From: Okamejei kenojei
Lineage: Eukaryota
Direction of reading: 5' to 3'
NCBI GenBank assembly: GCA_035221665.1
Contig: CM069150.1
Coordinates: 25,544,001 to 25,608,000 of the forward strand
DNA length: 64,000 bases
Shown here: positions 38,534-48,840 of the stretch, piece after piece
How positions within the stretch are numbered: the first letter of the stretch is position 1
How the letters are laid out: each line of letters opens with the position of its first letter
Translations under genes and position numbers: made by a program
Notes under the pieces: model-generated
The model's database searches: none
Seen by the model: the letters and a program-made list of their open reading frames with translations, nothing else
What the model was told of the DNA's origin: nothing

Positions 38534-38561
38534 GACGTTTCGGGTCGAGACCCTTCTTCAG
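38534..38561 (-). ncRNA. Minimal hammerhead-ribozyme-like motif in the Penelope pLTR
   Basis: Minus strand reads CUGAAGA-A-GGGUC-UC-GACCC-GAAA-CGUC: CUGANGA and GAAA boxes, stem II, palindromic ACGU stem III and a GUC triplet. Stem I is weak. Confidence 0.65.
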
Positions 38562-38799
38562 ACTGGTCAGGGATCAGGGAAACGAGAGATATAGACGGTG
38601 ATGTGAGAGATAAAGAACAATGAATGAAAGATATGCAAAAAAGTATCGATGATAAAGGGAACAAGCCATTGTAAGCTGTTTGTGGTGTGAAAATAAGAAG
38701 CTAGTGCGACTAGGGTGGGGGAGGGAGATAGAGATAGAGGGAATGCCAGGGCCCGAGGGCTGAGAGAGAGGTGGGAGGGGGAGGAGACAGCAGGGGTTA

Positions 38800-41700
38800 A
38801 CAGAATTGAGAAAATTCAATGTTCAAGCCCAAAGGATGCAAACTCCCCAAGCGGAATATAGGTGCTGTTCCTCCAACTTGCGGTGTTGCTCACTCTGGCC
38901 ATGGAGGAGGCCCAGGACCGAGAGGTCGGATACGGAATGGGAGGGGGAGTTGAAGTGCTGAGCGACCGGGAGGTCGGGTTGGTTTTTGCGGACCGAGCGG
39001 AGGTGTTCGGCGAAACGATCGCCAAGCCTCCGCTTGGTCTCACCGATATAGATCATCTGGCATCTGGAGCAACGGATGCAGTAGATGAGGTTGGAGGAGG
39101 TGCAGGTGAACCTCTGTCGGACCTGGAAGGACTGCTTGGGTCCCTGAAAGGAGTGGAGGGGGGAGGTGAAGGGACAAGTGTTGCATTTCTTGCGGTTGCA
39201 AGGGAAAGTGCCCGGGGAAGGAGTAGAGCGGAGGGAGGGAAGAATTGACAAGGGAGTCGCGGAGGGAGCGGTCTTTGCGGAAGGCAGACAAGGGGGGAGA
39301 TGGGAAGATGTGGCGGGTGGAGGGGTCACGTTGGAGGTGGCGAAACTGGCGGAGGACTATCTGTTGTATTTGCCGGCTGGTGGGGTGAAAGGTGAGGACC
39401 AGGGGGACTCTGCCCTGTTTGCGAGTGGGGGAATGGGGAGAGAGGGCAGTGTTGCGGGGTATGGAGGAGACCCTGGTGCGAGCCTCATCAATAGTGGGGG
39501 AGGGGAATCCCCGTTCTCTGAAGAATGAGGCCATTTGTGATGACCTGGTGTGAAACGCCTCATCCTGGGAGCAGATGCGGCGTAGACGAAGGAATTGGGA
39601 ATAGGGGATGGAGTCCTTACAGGAAGCAGGGTGGGAGGAAGAGTAGTCCAGGTAGCTGTGGGAGTCAGTGGGTTTGTAGTGGATGTCGGTCAGGAGTGTA
39701 TCACCTGCAATTGAGATTGTGAGGTCAAGGAATGGTAGGGAAATGTCGGAAATGGTCCAAGTGTATTTGAGTGCCGGATGGAAGTTGGTGGTGAAATGAA
39801 TGAAGTCAGTCAGTTGTGTGTGGGTGCAGGAGGTGACACCAAAGCAGTCATCGATGTAACGGAGGTAGAGGTCGGGGATGGGGCCCTGGTACGCCGAGAA
39901 CAAGGATTGTTCGACGTACCCAACAAAGAGGCAAGCGTAGCTGGGGCCCATGCGTGTGCCCATAGCTACGCCTTGTGTTTGGAGGAAATGGGAGGAATCG
40001 AAAGAGAAGTTATTGAGGGTAAGGACCAACTCCGCTAGGCGGAGGAGGGTGTCAGTGGACGGGTATGGGTTGCTCCTCTGGTCGAGGAAGAACCGGAGGG
40101 CTTTGAGACCGTCCTGGTGGGGGATAGAGGTGTAGAGTGACTGGACGTCCATGGTAAAGATGAGAGGATGGGGGCCTGGAGAATGGAATTGCACGGAGCC
40201 GACGGAGAGTGTCTGAGGTGTCTTGAACATAGGTGGGGAGGGATTTAACAAAGGGGGATAGGATGGAGTCAAGGTATGTGGAAATGTGTTCGGTGGGGCA
40301 CGAACAGCAGAGACAATGGGTCTGCTAGGGCAGTCGGGTTTGTGGATTTTGGGGAGAAGTTAAAATCGGGCCGTGCGGGGCTGGAAACGATGAGGTCGGA
40401 GGCTCGGGGGGGTAGGGAGCCGGAGCTGATGAAGTCGGTTATGGTGCTCGAGATGGTGGCCTGGTGTTCGTCAGTGGGGTCATGGTCCAGGGGTAGGTAG
40501 GAGGAGGTGTCCGAGAGTTGGCGCATGGCCTCCGCTTTGTAGAGATCGATGCGCCAGACTACCACGGCACCTCCCTTGTCGGCGGGTTTGATAACCCAGT
40601 CTGGGTTGTTACGGAGTGAGTCGATGGCAGTACGTTCGGGGCTGGAGAGATTGGAGTGAGACAGGGGAATGGAGAAGTCGAGGCGGTTGATGTCCCAACG
40701 GCAGTTCTGGATAAATAGTTCTAGAGCCGGAAGGTTACGAGGGGGGGGTCCAGGTGGAGGGGTACGTGGGAGACAGGAAAAGGGATCATCAGTGGGGGCG
40801 AGGACTTCTTCCCGTGGAAGAACGCTGTGAGGCGGAGGCGACGGTAGAAGAGCTCCAAGTCGTGGTGGGCGTGGAACTCATTGAGGTGGGACGGAGGGGG
40901 ACAAAGGTAAGACCTCTGCTGAGGACAGACCGTTCGGTGTCGGTGAGGGGGAGGTCCGGGGGGATGGTGAACACGCGGCAAGGATGGGGGTTGTGGCCGG
41001 AGGAAGGCAGGTGAGTGCACTGAGGACGGAGCGTTGTTGTGGTGGGGGCGTGGAGAGTGGTCAGGGGGTGGGGGGGTATGGGGGCTGTGGTGTGGGTGGG
41101 GAAGAGCAGGGGTTACATGGTAGGGGGGGGATGGGGAAGATCCAGTGGAATAGCCACTAAGGTTACTGGGGCTGGGGAGACGGGCACTAGGACCCAGTGT
41201 GATGGGAGGAGTTAGCAACGTGGAGGCTTCAGGCCCACTGTAGAGTCCAGTCTGCAGGTGAGGCGACGGCTGCGGGCTGCTGGAGGGCGGTGGAGAGTCG
41301 TGGGTCGGCGGCCCGAAGGTAGGAGTCCGCGGGCAGTGGAGTCGGGGTCGGCGGGCGATGCGTTGGCGGTCCTGATGGGCGGGTGGTTGGTCCGACCGGT
41401 GAGGCGGCGAGATGAGTGGGGTGCGGTGTGGCGGCCGTGTTTCGGGTGGCCCCGGTCCGGCGGCGATGCAAGGTGCGGCTGTGGTCTTCGGCGGGCCCAG
41501 TACACTGGCGATGCTGGATGGGCCCGGTGTGGCGGCTGTGGTCTTCGGCGGGCCCAGTGCACTGGCGATGCTGGATGGGCCCGGTGCGGCGATGGGGTTA
41601 GGTGGTCCCGGGGGGCGGCGAGGTTCGGCAGTCGCGTTGCGCTGGTGATGGGCGGTGGAATCGGGGAGGGGGAGATAAACAGAGTTACCGGGCAGGCAGC

Positions 41701-41852
41701 GGGGCTGGGCGTCATCAGTAGGCAGGTGGAGGTCGGCGGCAGCATCGGCGTGGAGGTCGGTGAAGGCGGCGTCCTGGTGAGTCCTGGAGGCGCTCCTCGT
41801 GGACAAGATGGTGTCGGGGGACTCAGGCCGGCGGCTCGGGCCAGAGTTGGGG
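38800..41852 (-). pseudogene. Penelope polyprotein: Pro-rich N-terminus, RT and GIY-YIG endonuclease, with several frameshifts
   Basis: Motifs VLSRGLTFVP, IKPADKGGAVVV, TMDVQSLYTSIP, GVAMGTRMGPSYA, RYIDD, LPFLDL and YKPTD. Zn-linker CNRKKCNTC. Endonuclease motif NLIYCIRC..CQMIYIGETKRRLGDRFAEH. Confidence 0.93.
41475..41590. repeat. 57-bp tandem duplication (19 aa, PGPSSIAS[A/V]LGPPKTTAA) inside the Penelope ORF
   Basis: Two near-identical units gcggctgtggtcttcggcgggcccagt...ggatgggcccggtg. Confidence 0.9.
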
Positions 41853-42289
41853 CTCCTTCGCTCCTTAGATGCTGCTGCACCCGCTGAGTTTCTCCAGCAT
41901 TTTGTGTAACCCTCGATTCTCCAGCATCTGCAGTTTCTTCGTTAACACCAAGTCTTTAAGAATTGATTTACTTTGCCTAGTAGGAGGAATCTCATTCCTT
42001 ATTCTGTATGTTTCAATGAGATCCCCCTCATTCTTCCAAACTCCAGCGAGTATAGGCCCTGTACTTGTCCTGCATAACATGATGCTGAAAGACACTAAAG
42101 AACAGAGGGTGCTGCAAGTTCAGGTAGAAATGGATTATAAAACAACACACATTTTCGCAACGCCATAAAGTGTGCAGAAATATTTGTCAGGTGGCAGTTT
42201 CTTTGTGCTCTTCCTGAGGAATACAATACTCCAATGAAAATACAACAAAAATAAAAACACTTGTATAAAATGAATACTCCATGCAGTCT

Positions 42290-42543
42290 AAGATTGACAC
42301 AAAATGCTGGAGTAACTCAGCAGGACAGGCAGTATCCCTGGAGCGAAGGAATGGGTGATCTCTCGTTTTCACACCTTACCCTTCCATACATCTGTCTCCC
42401 TCTCCCCTGACTCTCACTGAAGAAGGGTCTCGACCCGAAAAAGTCATTCCTTCTCTACAGGATGCTGCCTGTCCTGCTGAGTTACTCCAGCATATTGTGT
42501 CTATCTTCGATTTAAACCAGCATCTGCAATACCTTTCTACACA
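42290..42543. mobile_element. Inverted pair of Penelope pLTR fragments, hammerhead core from 42417
   Basis: gacacaaaatgctggagtaactcagcaggacaggcag is inverted as ctgcctgtcctgctgagttactccagcatattgtgtc. Confidence 0.88.
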
Positions 42544-42944
42544 CTCCCTGTATTGCGTCTATTGCGTCTCTACTTACCCCCCCCCCCCCCCCCCCCCGCT
42601 TTATAAATCTGTCCACAAAGGGTTATTTTCTACAGTCCATCTGATATTTTTATTAAAAGTGAAAATTAATGTCCATTGTATTTCAAGCTATTGAAAGTTT
42701 AAGGAATATAGGTTTTGACCAGGAAATATGCAAGTACTCTCTAATCTGCAAATTTCCCCCATAAAACAGAATTGAATCTACGAATGTCTCTTCATTGTAG
42801 AGTATAGCTACAATAATTAAGCTTTATGCAGTGCTGATACCTTGTAAAGTACTGGTGCTGATTTTGGAATTGATGTTCCAAAAGTGTGGACAGTATGTCG
42901 GTCATAAGACTAAAATTGGTTTTACATTTATGCAACCACTTTTA

Positions 42945-43170
42945 TGACATCTGGACATCACAAAATGCTTTATTACTAACAAAATACTTGTAGAATGTAA
43001 TAATTATAGTATTGTAGGGAAACAGCAGCTAAATTGCTCAAAGATAGGCGAATGTGATAATGACTGATAATTTGTTTCGGTAATGTTGAAGGCGTGTTAG
43101 CTAAAGTATGGCTAAGATTCCAAGTCATGCTTTTCTTTGAAATAGTGCCCTCAATGGGCCACAAACAAGG
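42945..43170 (-). mobile_element. SacSINE1/DeuSINE-like fragment
   Basis: tgtagggaaacagcagctaaattg...aatgtgataatgac...ttctttgaaatagtgcc. Confidence 0.6.
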
Positions 43171-43319
43171 TTGAATTCTCCAATTTCAGGCAGATAACTT
43201 ATTAACAAACTCCCCACACCTCCCCCATCCTTCCTTTCACTGCGCCCCACCTGGATTCATACCCATTTCTTCTCTTCCCACTAACCCTGTCCCCTTCCAC
43301 CCATCTTCCATCCTCTGCC

Positions 43320-43698
43320 CAGGCACGGAAATTACTATCAAAACATGGGAGGGACACAATTTCTTGGCGGCCGTGCGCGCGCGTACACACATGCGCACAC
43401 ACGCGAGGCTTCGGCCGTGGGCCCTGTGGATGTTAACATCGGGATCTGACCTGGTTCTGAGGTTCACGGGGCCTTTGATCGGCCGGCAGGGGCTTCAACA
43501 TCGGGAGCCTCGATCGCCTCAATGCAGCAGTTTGATTTTAAGCCTCGCCAGGTGATGAAAGACCCCTGAACGGGCCGATTCAGCCCTTAGAAAGTGTGTG
43601 ATAAAGTCCGGATCACAAAACATGTGGGGGATTCTCCCCCACCTCTCAAAGCATGGGGAAGGCGTCCCCCCCCGTCCCCCCCAGGATTTCCGACCATA
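43320..43698. mobile_element. hAT-type MITE inserted in a Penelope pLTR fragment
   Basis: Ends are caggcacggaaat and atttccgaccata. TSD cctctgcc at 43312-43319 versus cctctacc at 43699-43706; it is exact in the duplicate near 44289. Confidence 0.7.
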
Positions 43699-44103
43699 CC
43701 TCTACCCCCCACCCCCTCCAAACCAATTATAATCGGACTGATGAAGGATACCGGCCTGAAACATCACCCTACACATAAATTAGATTGGCAGGGGAGAGGG
43801 TAGCACAGAAGGAAGGAAACAGATGACAAGTAGGGGGCAAATACTATAGTCAGAGAGATCAAGATTAATGGGCAGGACAGGTATGTGCACAGAAAATTGA
43901 TTGGAAAGGCCAGTGATTTAAACTGTATTGAGTTTTTCTAGCATTAAAATCTTGCCATTGATAAGAATAAAACAGTTGACTCAAGGCATCAGATGAAATT
44001 TTCTGTACTGGAATAGCTATTACTTCACACAGTTTTTATTTCTCATGATACTTTCATTTTATTAAACGTTACGTGCACAATTATAACCCAATAGGTGCAG
44101 ATC

Positions 44104-44731
44104 CATTAAATGGTTCTTTATATGTATCGCCTCGATGCAGCAGTTTGATTTTAAGCCTTGCCAGGTGATTCAGCCCTTAGAAAGCGTGTGATAAAGTCCG
44201 GATCACAAAACATGGGGGGGGATTCTCCCCCACCTCTCAAAGCATGGGGAAGGCGTTCCCCCCATCCTCCCCAGGATTTCCAACCATGCCTCTGCCCCCC
44301 ACCCCCTCCACACCAATTATAATCGGACTGATGAAGGATACCGGCCTGAAACATCACCCTACACATAAATTAGATTGGCAGGGGAGAGGGTAGCACAGAA
44401 GGAAAGAAACAGATGAAAAGTAGGGGGCAAATACATATAAAGGTTCCTTATATGTATCGCCTCGATGCAGCAGTTTGATTTTAAGCCTCGCCAGGTGATG
44501 AGAGACCCCGTGAATGGGCCGATTCAGCCGTTAGAAAGCGTGTGATAAAGTCCGGATCACAAAACATGGGGGGGGGATTCTCCCCCACCTCTCAAGCACC
44601 CCCGTAGATTCAATTCTGTTTGATGGGGGAAATTTGCAGATTAGAGAGTACTTGCATATTTCTTGGCCAAAACTTATATTCCTTAAACTTTCAATAGCTT
44701 GAAATACATTAAAAGGTTCTTTATATGTATC
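44104..44731. repeat. Complex local templated duplication
   Basis: 44126-44434 copies 43513-43844. 44456-44598 copies 43513-43653. 44603-44708 is the reverse complement of 42677-42782. A 25-bp anchor is repeated three times. Confidence 0.92.
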
Positions 44732-45284
44732 ATGTTTCAAGGTTTATACTGGCATTAAAACATAAAATGCCTGAGCAAATAGGCCATTAAAAATATTCCT
44801 TTAAACTGGATCTGGCAATCTGGTGAACCAGAGCTGCACACGAGACATATTCACCCAAAAGTGTAGTAATAATAAAAACTTGCAAACAATAGAACTCTGA
44901 AGCCGAAACAATGGGTAGATCAGATTTATTTTATGCTTATTTTGGGTGAAATTTGTGTTAATCCAATTATGAAATGATTGCATTGGGAGAAATGGAACAA
45001 TTTCTTCCAACTTGTTATGCAGGATAAGTTCAAACATGAATATGTTGGAAATGTGCTCACCATGCTTCTATGGTCGGTAATATGACAAGGGACTAGTGGC
45101 AACCTGACATCCAGAAGCTTGAACCTCTGATCCGAGAGCATATGTTTGAATCTCCCTGGACAGTCTGGAACATACATTTTGTTAATTGAATCAATCTAGA
45201 TAGTGAAACAAGTAACAGGGAACCATAAGACTACCAAATAAGATGCTCGTGGGACTGACATTTTAATTTATTGAACGTCTTTTA

Positions 45285-45400
45285 GTTGTTTACTGTGGTA
45301 TCTACTGAGTACTATGTTTACATACCTGTTGTGCTGCTGCAAATAAGAATATCATGGTTCTGCTTCAGGACATATAACAACAAAACATTCTTGACTCTAC
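45285..45400 (+). mobile_element. Rex1-type 3'UTR fragment
   Basis: tgctgctgcaaataagaat...aaaacattcttgactct mirrors the tail at 36781-36830. Confidence 0.6.
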
Positions 45401-45871
45401 ATTGAACTTTTTCACATGGATAATGATAGGCATGTGGAATGAGCTGCTCGAGCAAGCTGTAGAGGTGGGTACTATTAAACATTGAAGAGACTGTTGGACA
45501 GGTACATGAATAGAAAATATTTTGAGGGGTATTGCCTAATTGGGGGCAAATGGGAGTAGCACAGATTGACATCTTATTGGCATGGATGAGTTGGGCCGAA
45601 GGGCCTGTTTCAGTGATGCATGATTTTGTGAAAGGTAGAATAAATTTATTGTAATATAGAAACATAGAAAATCCTGAATCTTTTGAACATCGGAAAATGT
45701 TCACCAATGCATCCAAGATTTCTGGAGCCACCTTGAGTACCCTGGGATGCAGACAATCAGGCTATGGGGATTTATCAGCCTTCAGTCCCATCAGTCTACC
45801 CAATACTATTTCTCAGTCCCATCAGTCTACCCAATACTATTTCTCAGTCCCATCAGTCTACCCAATACTAT
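45400..45871. mobile_element. CR1 3' end (plus strand) abutting a CR1 piece (minus strand)
   Basis: gggccgaagggcctgtttc tail, catagaaacatagaaa tail and a PEILDALVNIF motif. Confidence 0.75.
45782..45871. repeat. 31-bp tandem repeat, about 3 copies
   Basis: Unit tcagtcccatcagtctacccaatactatttc. Confidence 0.95.
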
Positions 45872-46799
45872 GTAAGGTAAATGGTATGTTATGGGATCTT
45901 CATTCATTTTGATTAATTAAATCATTGGTAAGGGTTCATTGATCAAAAACATGAACTCTATTCTCCCCAGAATGACATGTAAGTATTGCAACATTATTTG
46001 TTTTTATTTCTGATATCAGCATCTGAGATTAATTAGAAAATGGACTAATGGGGAGAAGTGAAATGTTGTGACATGAGTTGTGATCAGGAATACTCTCTCC
46101 AAAAGAATTCTTAAAGCAAATTTGTCAGTACAATTCAAAAGGAACCCCAAAAATATTTGGTAAGTACGCATGTGGATATCTATGAAGATAGAAATATAAA
46201 ATGGTACAAATTGGAGAATTGTTTTGAATTGTTTCTTCTATAACTTGCTTGGCAGCTCATTCCATACACCCACCATCATCTTGTGTTACTGGCACAACAT
46301 GCCAATGGCCTCCATCAATGTGTGATTTTGTGAAAACATTGGTACATCTGTGCTACAGTGTTTTGCTGAAGCATTCGAACATTCAACAATTTTTTTCCCC
46401 CAATTGTTTTGAACCAGATTATATTTAAACTGCGCCAAAGTGATGTCAAAAATGCAGCCACTAGACATCTGCAAGCCACAAGTTCCAGCAAACAATGAAA
46501 CTCAGAAGTTGAGTTCTACTTGTGTAATGATTTAAACTTGGTAATTGGTCCAGTTTGATTTCTGTGTGCCTGGAAGACTGGAAACGGTCAATTGGTGTTT
46601 AACTGTTAACTGATACACAAAGATCCATCAGTATCTGAAGTTTATGATAACTTAACTGACTTTATTGCTGACTCTATAGGTTCCATTGTATGCCCCAAGG
46701 AGCCTGGTTAAAAGGATTTGTGGGCATGCCAGTTTGCCCAAATTGTTTTGCCACATAATGTGCAAGTCTGTATTGTTTCCAGATTGTAACATCACTCGA

Positions 46800-47491
46800 A
46801 CATATCATATAGGAGCAGAATTAGGCTATTCACCACGTCGAGTCTCCTCCACCATTCGATCATGGCTGATCTATTTTACCTTTTTAACCCCATTCTCCTG
46901 CCTTCTCCCGGTAACCTTGCAAACACCAACTAATCAATAACCAATCATTCTCTGCTTTAAAAATACCAAATGACGGCCTCCACTGCTGTCTGTGGCAATC
47001 AATTCCACAGATTCACCACCTTTAAGCTAATGAAATTCCACCATATGTTCATTTGAAAACTACAAGATTTTATTTTGAGACTGTGCCCTCTGGTCCAAGA
47101 CTCTACCACTATTGGAAACATTCTCTCCACATCCATTCAATCTTGTCCTTTTATTGTTTGGTTGGTTTCAATGAGATATCCCTTCATCCTTCTAAACTCC
47201 AGTGAGTACAGGCCCAAAACCATCAAACACTCCTTGAACACTAACCCAATTACGGGATCATTCTCGTAAACCTCCAGTCAGGATTTACGAGGATGTTGCC
47301 TGGACTCAAGGGCATGAGCTACAGGGAGAAGTTGAGCTGGCCAGGTCTTTATGCCTTGGAGCACAGGAGGATGAGAAGTGAGCTTATAGAGGTGTGTAAG
47401 ATCATGAGAGGCATAGATATTGTAAATGCACAGTCTTTAACCCAGAGTAGGGGAATCAGGAACCAAAGGACATATGCTTAAGATGATGGAG

Positions 47492-47550
<59 letters not shown>

Positions 47551-48482
47551 GGGACATGGGCAAGTTGGGAAAAAAGAGCCTGTTTCCACATTGTATAACT
47601 CTCTAACCTTCCCCAAAGCCAGCACATCCTTCCTCTTTGTTGATTATTTGCTCTGTCTGGTCCCTTCAATGGATGATACTTCAGCAGCCAGTAAACCAAC
47701 AGTATATTTCCACTCTTGATTTTAGTGTCATTTTAAATTTCACGTACTACCCAGCAGAGTTACAGAAACCTGTGTTTGTATGTAGCACATGACAATTTTT
47801 GAACAATTGTCACTGCAAAATTAATCAACGTCAGCTTAGCCTCTGATCATTTGTTATTCTTTTAACATAAACAATTTCATTTCTGTTGAACATCACAAAT
47901 TATTTGCAGCAATTAAATGTGCTGAGGCACTATAAGGCGCTGGTCAGGCCGCAATTGGAGTACTGTGAGCAAGCTTGGGCTGCATATTTGAGGAAGGATG
48001 TGCTGGCTCTGGAGAGGGTTCAGAGGAGGTTTACAAGAATGATTCCAGGAATGAGTGAGTTTGCATATGATGAGCATTTGACAGCACTGGGCCTGCACTC
48101 GCTGGAGTTTAGAAGGGTGAGGGGGGACCTCATTGAAACTTGCAGAATATTGAAATGTATAGATAGAGTGGATGTGGAAAGGCTATTTCCACTGGTGGGA
48201 GAGTTTAGGACCAGAGGTCATAGCCTCCGAATTCAAGGGCGCTCATTTAGAAAGGAAGTGAGGAGGAACTTCTTTAGTCAGGTGGAAGTTAATCTGTGGA
48301 ACTTGTGGATATTTTTAAGGCAGAGATAGACAAATTCTTGATTAGAATGGGTGTCAAGGATTATGGGGAGAAGGCAGGAAAATGGGATTAGGAGGCAGAG
48401 ATCAGCCATGATTGAATTGTGGAGTAGACTCGATGGGCCAAATTACCTAATTCTACTCCTTTAGCTTGTGAATATGTGAACG
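46800..48482. mobile_element. Cluster of CR1 3' fragments (46800-47270 minus; 47280-47605 plus; 47920-48482 plus)
   Basis: ORFs 47293-47481 and 47886-48329 (YKALVRPQLEYC..LERVQRRFTRMIPG). Confidence 0.88.
47495..47548. repeat. 54-nt poly-G run
   Basis: Read directly. It replaces an internal part of a CR1 3' fragment. Confidence 0.9.
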
Positions 48483-48654
48483 TGTAATGCCAGAATGCTA
48501 GGTTAGTATGTAAAAAGGTTCGCTATTCTCCAAATTTTCAGTTGCGAAGAAATATTGCATATCAAATGTCACCTATCATTTTCTATTTAAAGGTTAGTAA
48601 ACCAATAGTATACTTTTTTATATATATTAATATTGTATATATATTTTACTGTTT

Positions 48655-48840
48655 GTATGCCTCGTTGTTCCCTTTCTCTCGGCCAACAATGAACCATTGT
48701 ACATTTCCTTGATCATTGTCTGCTTTGATCTGTCCTTTTCCTACCTTACATTCTCTTTGACCCGAAACATCACCCATTCCTTCTCTCCAGAGATGCTGCC
48801 TGTCCCGCTGAGTTACTCCAGCAGTTTGTGTCGATCTTCA
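48655..48840 (+). mobile_element. Penelope pLTR-derived fragment with a partly deleted hammerhead
   Basis: gacccgaaacatcacccattccttctctccagagatgctgcctgtcccgctgagttactccagca. Confidence 0.85.

Larger units (their letters stand above)
38469..41946 (-). mobile_element. Penelope-like element (GIY-YIG-bearing, probably Poseidon-type), 5'-truncated, with inverted pLTR segment
   Basis: RT and GIY-YIG ORF pieces. 38469-38526 is inverted at about 41853-41911. TSD accaagtctttaag at 38455-38468 and 41947-41960. Confidence 0.95.
38086..41999 (-). mobile_element. L1-clade LINE 3' fragment split by the Penelope insertion
   Basis: Rejoined C-terminus reads MRFLLLGKVNQFLKTWSPFINFLQAYGAT*. A-rich tail. TSD tattctgtatgtttc at 38071-38085 and 42000-42014. 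Confidence 0.8.
37750..42060 (-). mobile_element. CR1 3' fragment (37750-38085 plus 42000-42060) hosting the L1 and Penelope insertions
   Basis: CR1 RT C-terminus and 3'UTR motifs are continuous across the L1 TSD. Confidence 0.8.

Noticed and set aside
41258-41887. 209-aa Arg/Gly-rich plus-strand ORF and other antisense ORFs over Penelope and DIRS
   Set aside because: Explained by stop-codon scarcity in GC-rich sequence opposite the real ORFs.
45782-45871. 31-bp repeats as a CRISPR-like array
   Set aside because: No spacers. It is a simple tandem slippage of CR1 sequence in a eukaryotic context.
47495-47548. Poly-G run as a functional G-quadruplex or poly-Gly/poly-Pro protein
   Set aside because: It lies within a deleted CR1 fragment, and long G homopolymers are common sequencing or assembly artefacts.
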